From Podarcis vaucheri (lineage: Eukaryota), in the NCBI GenBank assembly GCA_965113315.1, contig OZ220363.1: DNA of 64,000 nt. The stretch is one strand, 5' to 3'. Under the pieces are notes generated by a model. That model was not told where the DNA came from, made no database searches, and saw nothing but the letters and a program-made list of their open reading frames with translations. Positions 50,081 through 60,600 of this stretch are shown here, piece after piece. Positions within the stretch are counted from its first letter, which is position 1, and each line of letters opens with the position of its first letter. The translations under genes and the position numbers were made by a program.

Positions 50081-53000
50081 ATCTATCATCTATCTATCTA
50101 TTGGGGGGGATGAACAAATTCCTATGCCCCACAAATAACCCAGAGATGCATTTTAAATAAAAGCACACATTCTACTCATGTAAAAACACCAGGCAGGCCC
50201 CATAAATAACCCAGAGATGCATTTTAAATAAAAGGACACATTCTACTCATGTAAAAACACACTAATTCCTGGACTGTCCATGGGCCAGGTTGAGAAGGCG
50301 ATTGGGCTGCATCCTGCCCACAGGACTTAGATTGCCTACCCCTGCTCTATACCCACAGTGGGAATGAATCATGTCCCAGGATTCTTTAAATGAAAATGGA
50401 AGTTGTGTAGTCGTTTTACAGGATTTTTAATTAAAAAGGGTGGGGGGAGGGATGAAAATGAAAGTGACCACTCTCTTACAAAGAAGTTAGGTAAAGCTCT
50501 CACCATGCCTTCACTAGGGTCATAAAATCGCTGGATGAGCTGTATTGTGGTGCTCTTTCCAGCTCCACTGGGTCCAACAAAAGCTGTTGTTTCCCCTGCC
50601 TTGATAACCATGTTGAGTTTTTCTAAAATCTGGAAATAAAAATGAAAAAGATCACATGTTTAAAAAGTGTTTTCCCTGGTGTTCAAAGCAGTACATGGAA
50701 GCAGCTATAATGGTTAACCAGAAAAGTGAAGTTCTTACCTTTACGTCAGGCCTGGATGGGTAGTAGAAAGTCACATTATGGAATTCAATTTCACCACGGA
50801 CTTTATCCAGCTTGTAGCCATCTTCTGACATACAGTCAATAACAGGTTTCTGGGGCAGAGTTAATCGGTTATACTACTTCCCTTGTAGAAAAGCTGCTTT
50901 CTCTCTCTTTTTTGCACTGGGTAGAATCCAAACATAAGGAAGACCCTTGTAAGAGGGTCTTAAGGAGTTGCTCCAGCTCCTGGCCGGAGCCTGGGGTTAG
51001 CTGGGGATGGAGCCACCCATTTCAGATTCCCAATGGGATGCCTGGCTCTTGGGTAGCCCCCACACTGCCTCCCTAGATGTTGGTCAACTCCCATGGCACT
51101 CCCCAACAGGCGAACTGGGATGGTGAATCAGACTTCAGATGAGAAATCTAAGGATGTTAACAGATCCTGGCCCTATGCCATGCCAACTCTGCTCATTTTG
51201 CTGCAATCTTTAAAGTTTTGGCCTGTTTTCATCCACCCCCAAGTTCCGTGCTGTCCACCTTTCACCTGGTCTTTGAGTCAAGGGGCACAATGTGCCTGCT
51301 ATGCAAAGAGACCACATGCCCAGACCATGCTTGGGGAATAACTTTGGCTTTCCTGGGAGTCAATCCCATTGAACTCAGGCTTGCATCTGAGTAGCCATGC
51401 ACAGGATTGCACTGCTAAAGATATTCTTTAAAAAGTGCAAGGCATTATACACATTTTCCTACGACCCACTCGTCTCGTTCTCTAATTACGCGCATCAAAG
51501 CTGTTAAGTAAGCATTATTTTCTGCTATGCGAGAGCTAAAAGCAGAAGAGCACAGCTGGCTGCTACGGACGTAGCTTATTTGCCCCCAATGGGATTACAA
51601 AGGGTTATATTTGCTAGCTATTCCATTCTCTCCATTCCCTGAAGCTTTGGTGACACTATATGTATTAATGCCCTTATCTGAGCCTTTGGCTTCGCTTCAT
51701 TCCTTATAAATCAAGGGAGACCATAGCGGCTTAATTCCTGAAACCACTTTGCGGAGCTGAGTGTCTTGGCGATCAGGCCGCTTATAGAGTTGACTCCTAA
51801 TAGATAAATATTGGAGCTTGCTGATACTTTGAATATTCATAAGCAATCATTTAGAACTGCCACTTGGACGAATGCGCTCTTTGTCAAATGCACAGGCATG
51901 GTGCTGGTTTGCTTTAATCTGCAATCAATTTTCCCCTTAATCACCATAATATTTCTCATCTGTGCTGTTGGCAGAAGCCCTGAAGCTGATGCCAGGCTCA
52001 TTTATTTCACCCTCCAACACAGGCTAGTGGTGCTGAACCAGTTGAGTTACTCACTTTATCTATCGTCTCAAAGATATTTGTTGCAGCTCCTCTGCCAGTG
52101 GCAAAGGCTTCCAGGCAAGGAGAAGCTTGGCCAAGACTTAAGGCAGCTACCAGAACTCCAAAAAAAACCTGAAAAGAAAGAAAAGGGGGTGGGGGGAAAA
52201 CAATTATGTTTTCTGGGTGGCTTTAAAAATTGCATTGGAGCAGAAATTAAATTATAATTAGAAGGAATCATTCTGGAAGGCAGAAAAATGTTTTTGCCCA
52301 GTGTGATATATTAAGGAGGGTACAAAAAAGATATTTATAGATCTGAAGGCAGGAACGCAATTTAAAATGGCATTATTGTTTTCTTTTCTCAACTAAGGGA
52401 AACATTTCAAATTTTCAGATGAGTAGAGGGAGGTTCCAAAGAAGGTTAAAGGATGCTCTGAAATATATCTTATATGCTAATAGTGAATTTGTTGTCTGAG
52501 CGGCAATCCTTGAGTAGTCAAAATGACACCATTTGTGCATAGGAGGAAGGTCTCATCCAGCTGGAGGGGGAGAGGAGGAAATGACCCCAAGGGACACCCC
52601 CCCTCACACACAAATATCAGCCCAGTGAATATGCTTGCTAAGTATAGAATGCTGACTGGCTGTAGGGAGGTGTGACAGAAAAATGTGTGGGATGGTGGCA
52701 AAAGAAGAGGAGAATTCTGCACAATGGCTAGCTGGAACCCTGAACAGAATACCGTATTTTTCGCACCATAGGACGCACCGGACAATAGGACGCACTTTGT
52801 TTTAGAGGGGGGAGAACAAGAAAAAAATATTCTCCCCCTCTCTGCCCAGCGCCCCTTCAGTGAAGCGGCAGGAGGCGATGCACAGAGAGGGGGAGAACTT
52901 TCCCCCTCTTGTTTTCCCGCTCTAAAACAAGGTGCGGTTTAAGGTGCGTTCAGGCGGCTACCTTGGAAGCCTGGAGAGCGAGAGGGGTGTGCACTGACCC

Positions 53001-54285
53001 CTCTCCCTCTCCAGGCTTCAGGTTCCTTTCGACCTGCTCTTTGGGGCTGGCGGGGGAAGCCCACCACCAGCCCCAAAGAGCAGGTCAGGGAGCAGAGGAA
53101 AGGGGCAGCCCCCGTGACCCTCTCCCGGCTGGGGAGGTGACGCGGAGCTATGGCAGGGTCATGGGGGGCTGCTTTAGCCTTGCGCGCTCTCCCAGCTGGG
53201 GAGGTGACGTGGGGCTGTAGAGGCTCCTGCCATCACCTCCCCAGCCGGGAGAGGGTCGCGGGGGGCTGCTTTAGCCTCACGCACGCTCTCCCAGCTGGGG
53301 AGGTGACACGGGGCTGTAGAGGCTCCTGCCATAGCCCCGCGTCACCTCCCCAGCTGGGAGAGCGCGCGCGGGGCTATGGCGTCTTCGCTCCATAGGACGC
53401 ACACACATTTCCCCTTCATTTTTGAAGGGGAAAAAGTGTGTCCTATAGAGTGAAAAATATGGTACCTCCTACTAGGTATGCTGCAGCTTTACACTACAGG
53501 TCCCACCTGTTAAGGTTACACTGAAAAGTTTACAAAGCACCCACCTCAAAGCAATGAGGTGGCTGGAAGTGCAAGTGCTTTGAGGGGGGAAAACGGGGGA
53601 AACCACTGAAAGCCTTACCTGTATAAGTGTGCCAGGTGAGTACTCCTCATCTTCAAGAACAAGTTTTGAGCCGTACCAAAATGCTAGCGCATAACTCAGG
53701 AAAATGATGCACCAGATGTAACCGGTGAAAAATCCCATTATTATTCCCTTTCTAATTCCCCAGTTTTGGGCAAACACTAAGTTTTTGTCATATCTGCGGA
53801 AAGAACAAAAGGAAAATTTAAGAAGTGCATTTGAGAAAAATAAAACACAGCAAAGGGGCTAAATAAGGGCCATGTTTGGTGTTGAAGGAGTTACAAAAGA
53901 GGCATGCTTGCATGGTGCAGGTGCAGGTGTAGCTCAGTGGCAGAGTGCACACTTTGCATGTGCAAGGTGCTCAGTTCGGTCCCCAACCTCTCTAGGTCAG
54001 ACTGGGAGAGACTCACACGTGAAACCCCAGACATCTGCTGCCATTCAGTGTAGGCAATGCTGAACAATTAGGACCAATGGTCTGATTCAGAATAAGGGGT
54101 GGGTAGTGCAAGGGGGAGGAGTCTATCTTCTACTTTTTTGGATGAGGGGTGCTGGACCCCTTCCCCTTCCTACACCTTATTTCCTCCCCATATCACATTG
54201 AAATACAGGCATTCTACCCACCTACGCATGATTGACTGGCGTGTCACTGCATATATGCGCAGTGCTGGGAAATAGATAGATAGAT

Positions 54286-54337
<52 letters not shown>

Positions 54338-54606
54338 TGATACGTTCATCCCTAGAAATAGTGGTAGCGAGCTGGAGAGTCCCTGTGGCTTGCAAGAAGA
54401 CCCTTTCCAGAGCCCGAAGAGAACGTCAGTGAGGGCGGAGGAAGCCCCAAAGAGACCCAAGGCACAGCGGGGCTTTGTTTAGGCTGCTCAGCTTCCCCAC
54501 CTAGCAGCTGATGTGCAGGGTAGCGCAGCAGCAGCAGCAGCCACTTTTTCGCACGTCCTCCAGCTGGTCCTAGAGCTTCAACTCTAGTTGGAGATAGAGT
54601 TGTGTG

Positions 54607-54637
<31 letters not shown>

Positions 54638-57600
54638 GTAGAGAGAGAGCTGGGGAGCAGGGGGGATACAGAGGTTTAGAGGCTTTTTAGAGGATGCTCC
54701 CCACTTACGCAATTTTCGCTTATGTGTGCAGGGGCCTGGAACATAACCCCCATGTAAGTGGGGTGTGTGTGCCTGTACTAGAAAGTTTGGGGGAAAGTGT
54801 ACTGTATGGGATGATAGACAGGGTGGATCTAAGCTACAGCAAAGGAGAGGATTCATCTTCCTGCACATATTATGCTTTAAAAAATCATAGGCTTTGTTGC
54901 TTTTAAATTTCTTCAGGTCTGTGAGTCAGTCATGATACATGAACCCACCTTGCAACTTCTTTTCTTTCCCCTCCAAAAGCAGCCACTGTTCTGATGGATG
55001 AAAGCACTTCATCGGCCACAGCGCCAGCTTTTGCATAAGCTTTTAATTCTCGACCTGTCAGCTTTGCCACAGCCTAAACCAATCAGTAAGAAGATTCATT
55101 TAGGCAGTGAAGGTTTTTCTCCTTTGGATTGTACAAGCTCCTTGCTGTCACACTGGGTTATCTACATTTACAAAGGACACATTTATGTAGCAAATTCATT
55201 TTTCTTTTTCGCTCACTTCACCTACCCATAGTCATGTGCTAAATAGCTTATGTGATAGATCAGGTGGGCTTATCTAGTGCATTATATAGGTGCATTTTAG
55301 GCAACATCACCATATTCCACTGTGCTCTAGAATCAGCTATATAAAATATTGATGTTGCATATGCCATCATACAACCGTTATGCAGCACACCTAATATTTC
55401 TATTACAAAGATTTTGTCAGCCTTCCAGCTTCACAGAGGATTTCTCTGTGAACGTTTAGACAAGGTTGACAGGGAGTTTGTTAAATGCCTGCCTTCCACA
55501 GAGTCAGCTTTCAGAGGGCTGGACGTGCTTGCTTGTGCAGCAAAGCCAAGGAAGAGTCTTATGGCACAACAAAAATTACCTAATGAAGCATTCCCCAACT
55601 GGATGCCCCCCAGATGTTGCTGGAATACGACTCCAAACAACCCTGGCAATGCTGGTTTGGGACTGATGGGAGATGTAGTAATATCTGTAGTCCAATAACT
55701 CCAGCTGTAATCCAGTAACATCTAAGGTATTGTGGCTTCCATTACTGCATGAACATCCCTCTGAAGTCAATGGCAAAAATCCAGTTGGGTTTACTGAAGC
55801 TCTCAGTTTGGTGATAGGAAAGACAGACAGCACTACTGAACAACAGTGAAAAATAGATATTGGACAGATTTTAAAAAACCCTTAGTAGGTGGTTTGACAG
55901 AGTTCTGTGGAGTAGTTGTTGTTTTTAAACAGCCAGTGACTTTAAAATCTTGCCATAGTTCTCCATGACTACAAAGCAGCCATAATTAGACACGAATGGC
56001 ATTGTTCCTTACCAGGCCAATCATGGCAGCTCCAACCCCAAGTAGTGGACTGACTGAGATAATAACCAAGGTCAGCTTCCAGCCTCTGACAAATCCTAAC
56101 ATGAATCCACAAATAAAGGTGGTGAACCGCTGGATAAAGACTGCTACTTGATCAGCAATAGCATCATTTATTTTATTTACGTCACTGTGGAGAACAAAAA
56201 AAGTTGAAGCAGCAGTTGCATATGACCCTCATGGCAATCCCAAATATTCATTCAATTTGTTTCTACATTGGAGAAATGTTGATGAGAGCCATTTATCTCA
56301 TTTGCTTCTGTCTCTTCGTTCCTTTGTTCAGACATTTGGGAACTGAGGTCTGAAGTAAACAAGCCTTTCCTTTTAGATTCCAGGCAGGCTGTAGGTTCTT
56401 GGGTTTCTGGGACAGGTATTTGGCTTACAAACCACCCCACTCTTGGACTCTACTTGCCAACAAACCTGTGATTGTGTTTCTGCTCCTCACCCCAGTTCTC
56501 CTTGTAAGCTTGGAGACTGGCTGTGCTATGTGTCAGCCATGGAAAAGGAGAGCGAATGAGCATTGGCAGGGTCACTTAGCAACAAAGGCAGAACACCAGC
56601 ATCACCAGCTTGTGAAAAAATGGCAGGCTAGTTGATGGTGCAAACAGGGCTGCCTTCCAGATGTTTTGGACTACGACTGCACTGGCTGAGGATGATGCAG
56701 TCCAAGGCATGCCGAAGGTACCAGGTTAGGGAAGGCCTTAGATGTTTTTGCTAGAAAAATGTCTACATGACACACCTGCCTTGTTATCTGTGTGTTTCCA
56801 CCCTCTCCCTGTGAGGCTCATGGCTGCTTCTTCCCACCTGCTTCTACATCTCTGCTTAAGTGCCTATGGTGGCCTTTTCGACATCTCAACACACATGCAA
56901 AGTAATGGTTTCCTAATTGTAGGAAGTTTCAAGCAGAGATAATAGTTTCATCTTCTACCCTTTTAATACCTGTTGTTTTCAGCAGCTGCTAAAGATGGAC
57001 AAATCCATCAGTTTTGGTTTTTTTAGTTTCTCATTTTTTCTGGTCTTTGCAGCACTTTCTCATCAGTTTGTGATGATTATTTTTAATGTCCTTACAGAAA
57101 TGCATCAATGTTTCCTTATTATTATTTCATTAAATTTATGTACCTCAAAGTGGTTTCAGTGTGAACATGCATTTTTGTATGTAATTTTGTCTAATGCACA
57201 CATTTTTTTGCAAGCAGTATTCCCTTATGTAATGCATTTTGTGTATGTGATTTTCACTAATATGTGCATTTTTAATGTACACTTTCCCCCAATATATGCA
57301 TTTTTCTACACATTTTTAATTGAAGAACTGCATCACAAGTGTGAATTTGGAAAGCCAGCTCTGTTTTCAACTAGTTTATTGTTCTAAGAAGTGCAGATTC
57401 AAGCCAATTTTCTCTCACATTACTAGCAAAATCCAGTGGAATATTAGCTCTGCTTTGGAGTCAGACCCCAGTCTGGTACAAGTAATACTGTAGATATTAT
57501 TCTTCACTCACATAACCTTGCACAGACTACTCATTAGAATGCAGCGTCTTAAAAACATGCTGACCTCATTCACCAATGGATGTCTGAGATTACTCACTCA

Positions 57601-60600
57601 GAAATACGTGTACTGAGTTCCCCCACCGATGTACAGTCAAACCAGCCTATATCCATCCTCATTATTTTCCTGAAATAGGCTTTTCTGATTTTCTGTGTCT
57701 GTTGAGCGGCTGAGATTACCCATAAGCTGATCTGTAGGGGGTAGGGAAGAATGAGAGATAAGGAAGAGTCACAGTTAAAAGGGGGAGAGGGTGATCATCT
57801 AGCAACTACGAAACCATGATGCAAATATTGACAGCACAGCCAGCTAAATGGAAAAAATATATTCTAATTTTGGGTTTATTTGGCATTGATTATTTCTGTT
57901 ATAAAAACCCTGCACATGCTTTATAAGTTGATTCAGGCATCTACAGATATATGCTACAATGGCTGGCAGGAGCCGTTAACACAGTTACATTAGTGGGAAT
58001 TGCCTGGCTTTAACCAGGAGCAGACTATATACTGTACTTTTCTGGGTATAAGTTTTATTCTTTAAAAATTATGCTAAAAAGTAGGGGTTGTCTTATACAT
58101 GGATAGTGCATAGGGTGGACATTTGATTGGTTGCTGCCACGGCTGTCAGCGGCTATTGGGCATGTTATTGGTTGCTGCATCAATGGCTGGCATTGAGTGG
58201 CTGAATCTGCGGTAATTTGGCGGGTGATTGGCAGCTTCTGCCAGCGAGGGGACATTTGAGAGGCAGATTTTTGGACGCATGCGAGTGAGCGATTTTCGGC
58301 AATCCCCCCCAACAACCCTGCGTAATCCCCCCCCCCAAGCTCAACAACTGCCTCCAGAGATCCTTGCCTACCATTATTGATCTTGACATTGAGGAGCTAA
58401 CTATAAAAAAACCAAACCACTTCTGTTAACTCTTATGATTAAACGGCAAATAAACACTTGGTCCCTTTGTGTGCATTCTACATGACATGGAGCATAGGAA
58501 GAAATCTCAGGCTTACAAACCTACTCCAGTATGTTGACAACAGAGGCCTACTAAACACATGGACATCTATATAACCGGATCTGGATCATCACCATGAGAC
58601 AGCAGCATAAAAATTGCCTCACAATGCCCATCGTTGAAGGATTCCAGTCAACAAATGTCCACAGGAAGTTGGGAGGGATAAATGGGAACACAGGGCAGGG
58701 CCTTCTGGGTGGTTGCACCCCAAATTGGAAATGCCCTGTGACTGTGTCCCAACTGTGGAGAAGGGAGTTTAGCTGCCTTTTTGTTGTTTTTCTGGTGAGT
58801 GCCACCAACATTAAACCATTTTCTATTGTGGAAAATAATATGGGGAAGTAAATAATAATACTGACCTGGAAGTATGCCAGCACAAGCACTGCACAGCCTA
58901 TTCCCCCATAGTAACTTGCAAAATAACTCATTTCCATTTCAATGTCCAGCAACCTGATAGATAAAGAAAGAATTAAAGAAGATATATGACCTTGGTAAAT
59001 CAGTCCATCTTGAATCGATGTGCCTGCAGGCAAATTTAATATCAGAAATAATGTAACTTCATTAGCAGCTAGATGAACTTATTTCCATTGTTCTTTTCCC
59101 TCAGTTAATATTTGGGTATGAATTCAGAGAGGGCAGAGTAAGGGATTGTAGTGAAAACAAAAAAACTGACTTTCCAAAATAATATATACTGTAAGTAGCA
59201 GACAATCTGACAAAAAAGTCCACCATATTCTCCATTAATATTAATAATAACAATAATATATCATTTATATGCCACCCATCTGAATGGATTCCCTCAGCCA
59301 CTCTGGGTGGCTTCCAACAAATTATAAAACCTCAGTAAAACCTCAAACATTAAAAGCATTTAATGCTAACTGGTTGATTTGTAATTCAACAAGGGCAAAA
59401 CAAAGAAGGAATATTAGTTATTGTTCAACATTTGCATAAACTGATCCAGTTTCAAACTATTTCCTTGTGAAAGGCTAATGATGCAATCTATGCACATGTA
59501 CCTGGAAGCAAGTCCCATTCCATATAGTGGGACTTACTTCTGTGTAAACATGCGTAAGAGTGCTGAATTTGAACCACTGCCAAAAAACGGTGCTTAGGTG
59601 GAACAAGTGAATCAACCTTAAGTTTACATCAATTATCTTTGGCCCTGAAATCCAAGTACTCAACCATTATTGACTTGTGGGTTGCAGCTGCAACTTTTGA
59701 AGCCAAAGGACATTTACCTTTGTGTGATTTCCTGTTGAAATTGTGCACAATAGTTCTAAATGCAAAAGTAACGATATATATTTCTTTTCTTTTTTTACTT
59801 CTACAGAACCAGGGCAGTACAAAGCAAATCTTAGAAAAATGACTGACGAATTTCTATTTTTACACGTTCTAGTAAGAGCCAGCAGTTGGCAAAGCTGGCT
59901 AGACTCAATGGTAGGGCAAGTATAAATTAAAATGAGCTATTATCAGCCAGGCAATGAACAAAGTAGCAACACCTCCAGCTCTGGAGAGGAGATGACATTA
60001 GTTCAACTGAGATAGGACATGGTATGGGAATATTATTTAAGACATGGAGTTTGCAAAACTACAGAGCCAATGCCCAGTGGTGTAATCACATGTACAGTGG
60101 TACCTTGGGTTAAGTACTTAATTCGTTCCGGAGGTCCGTACTTAACCTGAAACTGTTCTTAACCTGAAGACCACTTTAGCTAATGGGGCCTCCGCTGCTG
60201 CTGCGCCGCCGGAGCATGATTTCTGTTCTCATCCTGAAGCAAAGTTCTTAACCTGAAGTACTATTTCTGGGTTAGCGGAGTCTGTAACCTGAAGCGTATG
60301 TAACCCAAGGTACCACTGTATATGAAGGCAGGCTGGTAAACTGACCTGGAGTATCATTGGTTTATCTTCTGTGCAAGAATGTAGAAGATTTCAGACAATG
60401 TCATTTAATAACAGAGGAGATAAAATGCTTTGCTCATTTGTAAGGTCTATAAATATCGAAATATTGAGATATTACTATAAGGTTATGTCCAGCCTCTACC
60501 CATAGTCGACCTGATGAAACTAATGAACCCAAGTTAGTCATGTTCTTTAACTTCAGTGGGGCTACTCTGAGTAGTATTAGCACCGGACACAATGCAAAAT

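Noticed and set aside
60505-60525. CTGATGAAAC hammerhead-like word
   Set aside because: No stem II between CUGAUGA and GAAA
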